This document shows positions 40,310-52,446 of a DNA stretch of 64,000 bases, in pieces. The DNA comes from Macrostomum lignano (taxonomy: Eukaryota). Location: NCBI GenBank assembly GCA_002269645.1, contig NIVC01000921.1, positions 124,001 to 188,000 of the forward strand, read 5' to 3'. The notes under the pieces were generated by a model. The model was not told where the DNA came from and did no database searches. It worked only from the letters and a program-made list of their open reading frames with translations. A program made the translations under genes and the position numbers. Numbering within the stretch: the stretch's first letter is position 1; the number at the start of each line of letters is the position of its first letter.

Positions 40310-40742
40310 GGCGCTCTATTGAAACAATGGTTCTTCTGTCTCTCTGTTTATTTCGTACTGGCTGCAAATGGGTTTCAGTAAATTTTGTGGTTGCAATGGC
40401 CGGCGGGAACCGCTGCCTGAAATTCGATTATAAGACATATTTTTATGCATTTTTTATACATTTTTCATACCATGCTACAGAGGTAAGTTGCTTTTCAACA
40501 ACAATAATAATCTACAACTGAATGAACAAGTAAGTGCAAATACATGGCCTATTTTTAGTGACTAAAATTGTAACAGAAATAGGATAAGTTCCAAAATTGA
40601 TGACTTAGAGACACAAAAAGCCAATGTATGACTCTATTGATTTTAAATTGCCAAATAAGGGTTTTAATATAGCACTTTTATTCAAACTTTGCTGAAATTG
40701 CTCAAATGCTACCCAAAAAATCCTCCCAACTTTGACTAACTA

Positions 40743-41507
40743 TAGCCTTTTGCAGCCCATTTGGGCCTCGCGCATTGAATTTAATCGAAGATACGTTTCC
40801 AATGTAACGGAGCTTTTGTCTATGGTAGCAAGGCTGGCACAGCGGCATTTAATTTGGTCCAACAAGCATCAATTTGGTCCAAACGCTTGTGCAGAGCCAT
40901 TCGGCAAACTCTTGCCTTCTGGCAACCGTCTGCAGGTGGTTGCGTACCGCTTGAATGTCAGCGTCTCTACCAACAATTTTCTGTCGCTTTTCCAGAGCTC
41001 TGCTGATAGTCAAAATTGATAACCAACTGGATCTGTTTCTTCAACTTCTGCTGCATTTTCTGCAACGTCAGCAAAAGGTTCGTCTCAACTGCATCGAGTA
41101 GCAGTTGGACCTGAAACTCTCGCAACTTGCTTTGGCGATTGCCACCCTTTCGCAGGTGACCTCTGCCGGCAGTGGTTTCAATGCGCTGATGAATGTTGTA
41201 AACGATATTTTCTTCTATATTCAGCAACCTTGCAATGTTCTTTGGGTGTTCACCTCTATCGAGCGCTTCGATCACAACAAGCCAATGGCATTCGTTTGAC
41301 AGCCTAGCATTTCGTCCACAATTCTGAGGCTGATCTTGCTCCTCCGCAGCAGTTGCAAATGAAGCTATGGACCAAATTGATGCTTGTTGGACCCAATTAA
41401 ATGCCGCTGTGCCAGCCTTGCTACCATAGACAAAAGCTCCGTTACATTGGAAACGTATCTTCGATTAAATTCAATGCGCGTAAGCCCAAATGGACTGCAA
41501 AAAGCTA
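40743..41507 (-). mobile_element. Internally deleted Tc1/mariner-IS630-like DNA transposon
   Basis: About 140-bp TIRs (40743-40880 / 41369-41507) bounded by TA. Internal ORF 40967-41275 encodes a paired-type HTH region (IARLLNI..., GGNRQSKL..., LTLQKMQQKL) but no DDE domain. Confidence 0.78.
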
Positions 41508-41907
41508 TTTTACTACTCATTGCTTTTAGCCTGTCTTAAAACTAAAATTTTAACAAAATAACAAAAGATTTCTTCTATTGGATGCTGTGGTGATTTTGGG
41601 TGCAAGACTTTACTTGTACTTATTTTGTTATTTTTTATTTGTCCATTTGCACTCATTCTCTATTTTTGTTTGTTTATTTCACCTGTTTCTCATTGGCTTA
41701 TTTTGTCCCTACCCTCGTCGATGCCTAAACCCCTCCTCCATTGTGCACTCTCTCGCATCAGTTCTCTACCCCTCCCCACATGCTGATTGGCTCTGGCGTT
41801 CTGGCTGGGGGTCATGCATTTGGTTTGCATTCCGATCTCTCCCTATCTGTCTGCTGGCTTAGGGTTGTTACTTGTTTCATCTTTGCATCTATATGAGGGT
41901 CATTTCA

Positions 41908-43590
41908 CACTGTAGATCTATCTAAATGGTCCGGAAAGGGTCCGAATTCTATTTTTGGACCCTTAACCTGTCACTCACTGACTGTGCATGGCCTAGCGAG
42001 CCAGCACCTGTTCCAGCATCTGCATCAACAACACCAAAACATCCACCGTGTTAAAATGCGGTGCTAAGGCCGATTGCTTTGCCTTCCCCTATCCACCCTA
42101 TCCATCGCGGACAATCAGGACAGGGCGAGGTTGCCATGGCCTGCCGTTTTCCCGGTCTAAAAAACCCTTCTGAAACATTATGGCGCTCAAAGATTATCCG
42201 ACGTTTTAAGGAGTTGCGTTTTAAAAAAAGCGGATGCTGACATCAACAGCGGTCCTATCGTTCAATAAATACGTTTTAAATCTAGGCGCTAGTGCAAGCG
42301 TCCAGCAGCAGCGACCAACAGGTGTACAGACGAGCAGAATAAAGACGAGGAAGACGACGCCGCACGACTGAAAACCCGCAAGCGTCAGCGATTAGACGAC
42401 GACTTCAAAGATGACGACAAAGAAATCGATGATGGCATTGACAATCAAGTGGATGTGAATGATGCGAACAGCACGGTGGCAAAGAGCTTTACGCGCCACT
42501 TCGTGACATCCGTGTACTAGAACAGGAGGCATTTTCTAATGATTGAAACATACAACAAAAGCAGGACCAACTATGTCCGGCAGTCCTCTCCGACGGAAAT
42601 TCGTAATAAAGTGATGAAGTTGCTAATCTTCATCTACAACAAGAAAATTTTAATGAGAAACTATAAACTCTGCGAGGAATACCCTGCAGACGTAGAGACT
42701 GAGGCCGAAGAATTGCCCATGGCTGTCTGCCTTCTGCTAGGACGATTGCGAAGTGACCCTAAGATTAATTTTTGCGAAGAACTACCCACAAGGGTATTGA
42801 CAGAAGGGGAGCAGTGGCGTGGCGTTTTCGTGAATGGAGCCAACCTTTTTGAAAGCTCAACAGACTGCTTTTGTGATCGTGTGCATGTATAGCATTTAAC
42901 CTGCGGCACCTACCTGTCCTCGGGTCTTTTTTAGAAGTTGTAGAAGTTTTGGCGGGTCTCTATAAAAAGCTGTCCAAAAGCCAGCTGTGGCCCTTCTTGA
43001 TGTTCTTCGTTAGCAAGGTGTGTCTATTTATTATTACACTATTGCTACTAATGCCATCTCGATTTATTACATCATTGCCTGTAATTACATTTCTATTTAT
43101 TACATTTATTGCCTATAATTTTATGTCTGGTTGTTTCACTTATTAACTTTAATTTCATGTATATTTGTTACATTTATTGCCCATTATTTTGTGTCTATTT
43201 ATTTATTATATTTCTTATTGCTTATAATGCCATGCATATAACTTTAACTATATATATACATTCATGCTTCAAATTTTATAGACTTAGTACATTTAAAAGT
43301 CTTTAATAGTCATTAATATGAAGAAAACTAAACTACATATTAGAATAATTGAAAACATTGAAAATTGAAGATCTTTTTTGTATCTAGGGTTTGCATATGT
43401 ACAAGATTAATGCAAAGTTTATTATAGACTAGTGGACATTTAAAGGTCAACTTCATTGCAGTTTGGACCCTAAAAATTGACTTTTCTTGGACCATAATTT
43501 GGACCTTTAAGAGTCCATTTCATTAACACTCTGGACCCTTCAATTTGGACCTTCTGTAGACCCTTTTTTGGACCTTTTGAACTTACAGTG
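41908..43590. mobile_element. Non-autonomous CACTA/EnSpm-like element
   Basis: Termini CACTGTA...TACAGTG with clustered subterminal (T)TGGACC/GGTCC repeats at both ends. Flanks CA/TA. Internal acidic segment and a 117-aa ORF remnant (42539-42892). Confidence 0.62.
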
Positions 43591-44584
43591 TAGGGTCATA
43601 TGCCCTATTGCATTTTTGCAACAGTTGTTTTTTCCCAAGGGCAGAATGTTTTTGCCCAAGTAGACATATAAGCCTATAGCTTGAATATGAGTAAGTTATC
43701 AGAGAATGTGAATGAGGAACCTCAAGTTTAGCAGTGCCACATAAATGTGTGAGTCTTTGGTATGAGTTTTTTAGGGTCTGGAGTTAGGCATTCTGTTACT
43801 AGGGCCTATGCATTTGCCATAACCCTGGTTGCTGGCCTCCAGTTAGTATATGTAGCACAACTAAGGGTTGGTAAGCAGCAGGACGAGTGCTAACCCTCTT
43901 TGCTTGTACTGAGTATAAGGTAAGGCCAGTTGGTTTGTCTTAGACACAACAATGTAGTAGGTTCATTTCTATAGGATTATATAGAGGAAAGTTATAGTCA
44001 CTTACAATAATGCTTTTGGTGCCATATCAAAATATAAAATTTGAATCTTGATGTAATATATATTCTAGAAAAAGTTCTTAAAGTGAAATATATCTGTTAT
44101 ATGCTATAAATTTTATGATTTGTTTTAAAAATGTATCTAGTTTTATGGACATCTATTTTTTAGCTTTATACAGGTTTTTTTAACTTTGCAAAGCATATCT
44201 ACTTAAGAATTTCTATTATCATTTTAACTGCATTATTATATTATTTTTTTCAATGAACCCTTAGTTGAAAAAAAGAGTATAGGATTATTTTCTAATTTTT
44301 GGTTATTAACTAGGATACTAAAAATCAAACTAGGGTATAATATAGTAAGTACTAAAAAGCATAGAAACTTACTAAATATATTGCTATATTGAAAAAAGCA
44401 TAGCTAATTAATATTTGCTTGCTTTATAATGCTTAATTATTAATTTAATCAAGGTTTTTCTATCTACAACAACTTTTTAGATAAGCATAGAATGCCTTGG
44501 CAAAGATATTTTATGATTTAGTAAGGAATAAATAGGATTTATATTTTTATAGGAAATTACATAAGGTGCTAGAAATTTCTGCAA

Positions 44585-44841
44585 TAGGGATTGCAAAAAA
44601 ATAGTTTTTATGATCCCGGGATCTCAAAATTTAATTTTAGAATTTAGCCAATCCTGGGATTTAATCTTAAAATCAGAAAAACACTGATTTTTAAGCTTCT
44701 AGGTTGTAATTTTAAGGCTAATATATATGCTAAAGATTTTTTTGTTTCCATTTTTGATTGTTACAAAAATTTATACTAGGCTTTAGGATCCTAACTTCCA
44801 AGATTTGGCCAAATCTTAAGATTTTGAAATTGCAATCTCTA
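44585..44841. mobile_element. Degenerate MITE (hAT-like TIR TAGGGATTGCAA / TTGCAATCTCTA)
   Basis: 12-bp inverted termini with 1 mismatch. No TSD recognised. Confidence 0.35.
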
Positions 44842-45364
44842 CTTCCTATATACTAAAAATTTACAATCTAAAACCCTAGCCACCACTAGACAAGATGTTT
44901 ATAGCCACAATCTATAACTAAATTTTACTCAAAAAAGTGTTGCCCCAATTTTTTTTATAACTATAGCTATGGGATATAGTTTTCTTGACTATTAAACAAA
45001 ATATTTTTACAAAATGATTAAGGCCGAGCCAAAAGCCCAAGGGTCGTATGGCCTTTGGTTTCATTAGTCAATAATAAACCAAATGAGTTTGAAACTAATA
45101 TCTTATAAATTAAACTTAGAATAAACCTATAATAATAGAAATATACTAGCAATCTACGCCCCCCGTTGGGGAGCCAAAAAAATGCAATACACGTTTTTTT
45201 AATAAGCTACATGTATCCTTGAAATCTTAAAAAATCTCCTGTCAAACCTTGTAAGCCTTGACATGTCAGTAATCCCCCCCACAAGCTTTAACATATCAAC
45301 TTCCCCCCTTGACATCTCAGCAATGCCCCCAATAAGCCTTGGAAATCTAAAAATATCTGTCAAC

Positions 45365-45440
45365 CTTCTAACCCTAACCCCAGCCTACCCTAACTCTAAC
45401 CCTAACTCTAACCCTAACCCTAACCCTAACCTAACCCTAA
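45365..45440. repeat. Short interstitial (CCCTAA)-like repeat
   Basis: CCCTAA/CTCTAA units within a degenerate ~450-bp-periodic repeat region (about 45150-46200). Confidence 0.7.
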
Positions 45441-46259
45441 AGCATTGAAATTTCAGTAATCTCTCTAAGAGTCATTATAGCACTACAGCATTATAGCGAT
45501 TCCCTGCAAGCCTCGACATCGTAGGGATTCCCAAATGAATCTCTTAACTTCGACATGAAGCTTCTTTTATTTTTTACATTACGCTTTTTTTATCAGCGAT
45601 CCCTCCCCTGATGAGGCATCAAATAATGTAATAAAAAGTTTTCAATAAACTTCATGTAGCTTCTGACTTTAGCCTTGAAATCTCATTTATACCCCCGTGA
45701 GCCTTGACATCTCAGCTATTCCCCCCGTAAGCCTTGACATGTCAGCGATGGCCCCCATAAACCTTGAAATCTAAAAAATCCCCTGTTATTCTGTTAACCT
45801 TGAAACCCGATAAAATATAACCCTCAACCCACACCTGACCTAAACCTAACTTTAACCCAACCTAAAGCCTTGAAATCTCAGCAATTCTTCTCCCCTAAGC
45901 CTTGACATTTTAGTGATTCCTTCTTTAAGAATCACAGCACTATAACAATTTCCACCAAGCTTTGACATTGTAGCAATTCCCAAATGAATCTTTTAACTCT
46001 GACATGACTTTTCTTTTATATATACATAGTGCTACTTTTACTTTTTACATGACTTTTCTTCTATCAGCGCCCCCCCCCCGTGACGAGCCAACAAAGAATG
46101 CAATAAAAAAATTGAGTAAAGTACATGAACTTTGAAGTAGCTTCTGACTTTTGCTTTGACATCTCAGAACCCCCCCCCCATAATCTCAGTTATTCTCTGA
46201 GAGCCTTTACGTCTCAGTTTTTCTCCCCAGCACAGCATTATAGCTGCATTAAATTTTTA

Positions 46260-46680
46260 CATGACACCCTTCATGTCTGACATGACGCTTCTTTTATTGT
46301 ACCATGATGCTTCTTAATTTTTTAAATGACACTTTCATTAGTTTTTAAATGAGGCTTCTATGATTTTTTACATGACGCTTCTATGATTGTTTACATGACG
46401 CTTCTATGATTGTTTACATGACGCTTCTATGATTGTTTACATGACGCTTCTATGATTGCTTACATGACGCTTCTACAATTTTTTACATGACGCTTCTATG
46501 ATTGTTTACATGACGCTTTTATGATTTTTTACATGACGCTTCTCTGGTTTTTTACATGACGCTTCTACAATTTTTTACATGGCGCTTCTATGATTGTTTA
46601 CATGACGCTTCTACAATTTTTTACATGGCGCTTCTATGATTGTTTACATGACGCTTCTATGATTTTTACATGACGCTTCT
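46260..46680. repeat. 23-bp minisatellite (CATGACGCTTCTATGATTGTTTA)n
   Basis: Tandem units read directly. Confidence 0.9.
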
Positions 46681-48407
46681 TTTTAAAAAGTCTTTTAGTT
46701 TTCCTGATGTTGAAAAGCTTTAATTAAAAAAATTATACTCTATGAAAATTCGAACCAATTCGAACCAAACTGCATTTAGCAGTTCAGTTTGTACACCTCT
46801 AGGCTAGCTCTCATCGTTTTGATAACATCAAATTTTGCACTTATATAATTCAACACTTTAAAATCCAAGCATAGAGTAAATCACACGAAGCAGTTATGAC
46901 ATAATCAGTTTCTCAGTCAGTCAGTATCAGTTAACAATATGGTTACGCAATTTAAATCAAGTCTGGTGCTACGCTTCCACACTGCATTTTCAATTCAAGT
47001 CAGAGTTACAATTCAGTTATGATGCAATCTATTTCAGAGTCAGAATTCAACCAGTCAGTTTTTTCTCTAGCATGCTTACAATGCATTTCAAGTCGAAATG
47101 TTTGCTTGACCTTAGCATGTTTTTCGAATATTTAATGCCTTTAGCATTGAGCAATTTCTTAGCCACGATGCATGTACAGTCACAGGAAAATTTCTGATCG
47201 AACAGTGCAAGTTCGAACAAAATCGGTCCAGCCATTTTTTCTCTAATCGATCACATAGATAGATAGATAGATAGATAGACACAGACAGACCATTTTTAGT
47301 ATATTGGACAAGCATACAAACAAACCTTAGAGATTTAGTATATTTAGATTCTATTTCCCTATTAGAATAAGTGGACAAAAAGCATTTGACTTTTGGCCCC
47401 ATTTTTTATAGTACTATATCATAATTGGAGTCAAGGTAGATGATAGTACTACAGTATGGTACAGTTTTTGGATAAATGGCAAAAGTAACTATGATTATCT
47501 TATTAAGGATAAATGCCTTATAATCTAATTAGTATTATGCTTGTATCTAATGCAAAAGTAAACCTGCTCTGTGTGGCAGGTTTTGTAGCATTTTTGAGCT
47601 ACAATTTTAGACCCTATGTTATACATCTATAGTATAGGTTTTCTATACTTCTATTCTAAAAAGGGTTCCACTTATGGATTGACATAATATCATATCTAAA
47701 CCTATGCATTTTCTATATGATAAAAAAATCAAACTAAAATAGGCTTTGCTAAAATGCTAAGTATCAATAAACATAGGCACTAACCAAAAGGCATAGAAAC
47801 TTACTAAGTATCCATAGTCAGGATCATGGCATACTTGCACCAGAATAAATCCTATCAAAAAAATTTGATTGCGCTGTGTGCCAGAATATAGGATTAACAA
47901 ATCCTATCAAAAAAGTTTGCTTGCATTGGAATTATTCTTATCAAAAAAGTTAGCTTACATTTGTATCCCAACTTTTTAAAATTAAAAATTTTAAAAAATA
48001 TTAGTAAAACTTGTATGCAATATATGCAACATATAAATTAATATAAAAAGCCGTTAATACAGTGGAAAATAGAAAGTGCTAATAAAAAGAATTTACATGT
48101 TAATTTTTTGTCAAAGAAAATATTGACTCATTGGAAACTTTGTACTGATCTTTTGTCTTGCGCTATACTGCGCTATACTTTTTTCTTGCCTGCTATTGCA
48201 CCAGAATGCACACGTCCAACCCTTTTTTGCACTGGAATTTTCTATGAAAAAGGCCATCTTCCTGACTAGGCCTGGCTAAGTATTACTAGGCCTCTAAGTC
48301 TTAATGTTTGTAAACTATCTAAATTACAATCCTATATACTAAAAATATATACCAAAAATAGAAATAAATGGTCAAACAAAAATATATTTGCTTATCAATA
48401 ATCTTTC

Positions 48408-49199
48408 AGGCTCATTCCATATAAGATGGACATATTTGGAAAATAGAAAAAAGTCAATATTTTTGCTTGCCATTGCCTAATTAGCCTATTTTTTTACCAA
48501 ATGTTTATATTGTGCAATATATACAATCTAAGAATAAAGGAATGGTAAAATTTTGGATTAGGCTAGTATGTTATCAATTGGCAAAAAGTCATTTTTGTAA
48601 AAATTTGGACATTTTTCGAAGCAAAAGACATCATTAAGATTTTGTACCTTTTAAAAACAAATAGAAAGCTTTTGAAGGTTGAAACAAACTATAGATAAAA
48701 GTATAGTACTTGCATCATCAGATAAAAGCATTGGTGACCAAATAATCTATTATATTTTTAATGTATTAGTACCTCAAAGTTACTGAATTGACAGAAAAAA
48801 TATGTTATGACCATAATGTTACGACCATAAGGCTGCCTTTTCTTTTGTATCTTTGTTGCCTTTTGAGTTTATATATTCTAATAAAAGAGTATGATTTCTA
48901 AAGATGTTCTTAGTCAAATTTTAAAAATGTATTGCAAAATATCAAAAATGAAAAATGTTATAAGACTTTTACCTTTTAGTTTCTATATGTCAAAAATCCT
49001 GTCGTTATGACCATAAGTGTCATTTAAGGTTTAATAGCATCTATACTAATGATGATATCTATATGAAACTCTAAAAATATATTCTAGACAAAATAATCTT
49101 TCATTTAAAATATTGGTTTAGTATATTCTATTATTAGATTTCATTTTATAAGTAAAAATAACCTGTCATGTTACGACCATGCTTATATGGAATGAGCCT
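48408..49199. mobile_element. Non-autonomous TIR DNA transposon (792 bp)
   Basis: Perfect 18-bp TIR AGGCTCATTCCATATAAG / CTTATATGGAATGAGCCT. Flanked by TC on both sides (possible 2-bp TSD). Internal GTTA(C/T)GACCAT repeats. Confidence 0.7.
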
Positions 49200-50790
49200 T
49201 CATATTTATTATTGAATTAACAATGGACATGGTGAATGGTCCAATCCCTGATTCCCTATGACTATGACCCCATGCTTAGCAAAAGATTGAAAATTAGTCA
49301 GAAATTGAAATCAAACATACAGGTTTCAAAATGCTGAATCTTAAATTATTATGCCTATTCATTTTAATCGATATTGTTATAGCCTAGAGTTAGGCCCTAT
49401 TATTTAACAATAAATAATGGTTTATTGTTGATCGTTGTGTACTTGAAAACTGTTTGCAAAATTGCTTTGTAAAATGTTCTAAGGGTTATGGGACGCACAT
49501 TGGTCAATAATAGAATTAAAAAAATATCTTAGACTCGAATTTTGCTCAGTAATACTAACTACTAGGCCTGGCAATAGCAATAGTTTGTACTGTCATATAG
49601 ATTCGATTGATTTAATAACTAAAGTGGATGACATGTGTAAACACATCTGAGAAAAATCATTCTACCTACGAAGGTAAACATGTATTTTATCATACTCAAT
49701 AAATACTAAATACGAGAAGATTAAAGATCGTATTATAACAATCTGCCGTTTTGAGGAGGGTCGATCTCGAATTTATTATTTAATAACGGAAATTGAAATC
49801 AATTTAACCTAAAGGTGAATACATAAACAAATATAAAATACACTAAATACATATATGACAAAAATATCTCAGAAGCTGAATATAATATAGTTATTTTTTT
49901 ATTCAAATACAAGAAATTCAAACTTCTTGTTATTTTTCACGATTTATTGAATTTTAGTCCTAATATCAATACGAATACATGCAGTTCCTGAACTTAAGAA
50001 CAGCGTTTTCTGTTTTGCCTCATTTTTACAGTTGTATGATAAAAATGACATCTAAAATTCATTTCAATTTTGTCAAATTTTGCATATATTTTTGTCAACA
50101 GCAACGACTGCGAATTACGATTCAAATAAAGTTGTGTCGCAAATTGAAATGCTTAGCGATTGAAATAAAGTAGTTTCTCCGTGTAGTCGAGAATTGTTGT
50201 GCGTTTAATTTTTGCAAATTACTTCATATTTTAGAATTTACTGATCACTACAAAACTTGAGTTACTAGGTCTTAGATTCGCCCAAATGCCTATCAATTTT
50301 GATCACAAAAACTTTTAAATATATTTTACAAAATAAGCGAATTAGACTACATGTAATTAAATAAATGTATACGTTAGTCTGAACTATGGACTGCAAAAAT
50401 GCTCTTTACATCATATTTGTGTATAGTTTAGCCATCAGTGATAATTACTGGCGTACGATACATAGTCATTGATTAATTTACAAAAAGCACAAGCAAACGT
50501 GATAAAACCACTTTACATCACATCACATAATGAGAATTCGCGATTATTGCATGTACGAAAGATTTCAAGCACTAAATATCCAGACATATATTTAAAAGTA
50601 CAACATATACAATTAATTACATGCAGATGATGATACTGCTACAATACCCATTGAGTACGTAATTAATGAAACATTTCTACAAATAGTAATGCATGTACAA
50701 TTTCACTATGCATGTTGCATGCATGTTCACACTGTCCCAGGCTTAAAGTGACTTAGTAAAAGTGGAGTATATCAATGTCCCACAGCGAGT

Positions 50791-51603
50791 TCACTGTTCA
50801 TTAGCCTTCTCTGTTTCCATGGGAACGTCCTTCAGCTGCGGCTGCTCCCGAGCTGCCGGAGCCTCGAACGGCGCCTCGATGCACAGCCGGCCATCGTGGC
50901 TGAGCTTGCTCACCACCTGGTCCAGCTTGGTGCCGTCGGGCAGCTGGTAGATTCGCTCCAGCCGCTTGTGGACCCGCTGCCCGCCGGCCTCCTCCTTGTG
51001 CTCCGCCTCCACCAGCACGCAGTCGCTCTGCTGTCGCACGCGAATCTCGTCCGGCTTGAACTCGCGCACCGACAGCTCCGCCTTGAACCGCTTGCTGCCA
51101 TCGTCCGCCTCCACCAGCTGGCCGGACCCCTCAGACTGCAGGTCGCCTCGTAGCAGGCCGCGCAGCTCGTCCCACACGGAGTCGCCCTGCGGTTTCTGCT
51201 GCTGCTGCTTCAGCTGCTGCTGCTTCTGCTGCTCCTTGAACGGCGCCTGCAGCACCAGCATGCCGTCCCGGGTGAAGCCGCTGTTCAGCTTCTCTGCGTC
51301 CACTTCCTCCGGCAGCTCCACCGTCCGCTTCACCTCCGTCACGTCCTCGCCGTTCTCCAGCCGCGCCACCACCCGCACCTTCCGCTCCTCCCGCTTCACC
51401 GACACGTCCTTCGGCGAGAAGCCGCGAAGGTCCACAGTCCGGCTCCACTGACGCGGTCGCCTCGGACCTCTGTGCCGCAGCAGCTGCACCAGCGGGTCAT
51501 ACTCCGGCGTCAGCCAGTCGTCCAGCTCGCTCATGGCTGCCACGAGCGGCAGAGAGTGCGAGAACGGCGTGTACACGTTGCTCGGTGCGATCCACAGAGA
51601 CAT
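50791..51603 (-). CDS. Small heat-shock protein with two alpha-crystallin domains (p40/major egg antigen-like), 270 aa, copy A
   Basis: Two ACDs (VDLRGFSPKDVSV...FTRDGMLVLQAP and LSVREFKPDEIRV...LSHDGRLCIEAP). C-terminal IxI-like KDVPM. True ATG at 51603, because the TATA box and HSE lie inside the longer computed ORF. Confidence 0.93.
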   Translation of the reverse strand: MSLWIAPSNVYTPFSHSLPLVAAMSELDDWLTPEYDPLVQLLRHRGPRRPRQWSRTVDLRGFSPKDVSVKREERKVRVVARLENGEDVTEVKRTVELPEEVDAEKLNSGFTRDGMLVLQAPFKEQQKQQQLKQQQQKPQGDSVWDELRGLLRGDLQSEGSGQLVEADDGSKRFKAELSVREFKPDEIRVRQQSDCVLVEAEHKEEAGGQRVHKRLERIYQLPDGTKLDQVVSKLSHDGRLCIEAPFEAPAAREQPQLKDVPMETEKANEQ

Positions 51604-51725
51604 GCTTGCTGTGTCGCTTGTAAATGATAGAGTTTGGCGATTGATTCGCTTTGCTTGAGGTTGCTTTGCTTGCGGTTGCTTTGTGTGCTCGAATCCTGCC
51701 TCACTCTCGGATCCAGCTGTCTCGC

Positions 51726-51763
51726 TTTTATAGACTGGCACTGAGGAAGCTTCTCGAATTTTC
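51726..51763 (-). promoter_or_regulatory. TATA box and proximal heat-shock element of sHSP copy A
   Basis: TATAAAA on the minus strand at 51726-51732. GAAgcTTCtcGAAttTTC at 51746-51763 is four perfect inverted nGAAn units. Confidence 0.88.
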
Positions 51764-51873
51764 TCGCCCACTGACTCATTCTGGAAATCGAGCCGCTAAC
51801 CCAAATTTAGACAGCAAAATGTTAATATTTTTACTGTTAGTAGATGAAACGCGCGTGACTGTTTGTCGAATTA

Positions 51874-51891
51874 GAAAATTCTAGAACTTTC
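51874..51891. promoter_or_regulatory. Distal heat-shock element of sHSP copy A
   Basis: GAAaaTTCtaGAActTTC, four perfect units, just outside the duplicated arm. Confidence 0.8.
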
Positions 51892-52212
51892 TTTGACTGT
51901 GGCTACGCCTAAAGTACATGTAAACAGGCCAAAGCAAAACTTGTTTACGAGACAAAGTAGCATACGCTCGTGCATTTGAAAAAAATATTGGCTTCGAATT
52001 ACGCTTACGTATTAGCGAAAATATTTGTGTAACAAAGGCGGGTTTGCGCTTGTTGCGGCGCCAGTGGCACGTTCAATGGTGGGCAGCGGGGTAGGCCTGG
52101 GTAATTTCAGTTTGGCCGCTGCCCCAAAGGGCTTCACAGTCAGGACCCAAACTCGCGTTTTTTCTCATGAGGGACTGAAGAGTTTTTTACTGAACGTACA
52201 ATGAGGTATTTA

Positions 52213-52345
52213 ATCTTTGTCTGTTCTTTTGGTGTCTATGGCAGAAAGACCTCGGACGCAATTCTAAGGCCTCGGCTTCGCCTCGGCCTGAGAACAGCGT
52301 CCTCGGCCTTTCTCTGCCATAGGAACCAAAAGAACAGACGAAGAT
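52213..52345. mobile_element. Palindromic non-coding element, probable non-autonomous Crypton-associated unit
   Basis: Arms ATCTTTGTCTGTTCTTTTGGTGTCTATGGCAGA / TCTGCCATAGGAACCAAAAGAACAGACGAAGAT around a central GGCTTCGCC hairpin. Each arm carries a CCATAG site. Confidence 0.6.
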
Positions 52346-52446
52346 CGTACTTAATCTACAGATATTGGAAGCGACTGGGAGTGGGAGTGAGGTATACGTC
52401 AAAATCGGGGGTGTGGGGGGCGCAGCCCCCCCCCCCCCACATTTAA

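Larger units (their letters stand above)
50150..51850. repeat. Left arm of a ~1.7-kb inverted duplication containing the sHSP gene
   Basis: Reverse complement of 58374-60102, covering promoter, CDS and 3' flank. Confidence 0.92.

Noticed and set aside
45365-45440. Telomere or chromosome fusion site
   Set aside because: Only about 12 degenerate CCCTAA units in one orientation, embedded in a decayed repeat.
51604-51771. 56-aa N-terminal extension of the computed 326-aa sHSP ORFs (also 58463-58630)
   Set aside because: It starts at GTG and contains the HSE and TATA box, so it is promoter/5' UTR. It also differs between copies while the true CDS is identical.
52040-52075. Minus-strand RRNK, checked as a possible FTZ-F1 box exon of the NR5A-like gene
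   Set aside because: The context (HWRRNKRKP) does not match RGGRNKFG, and no zinc-finger sequence is nearby.
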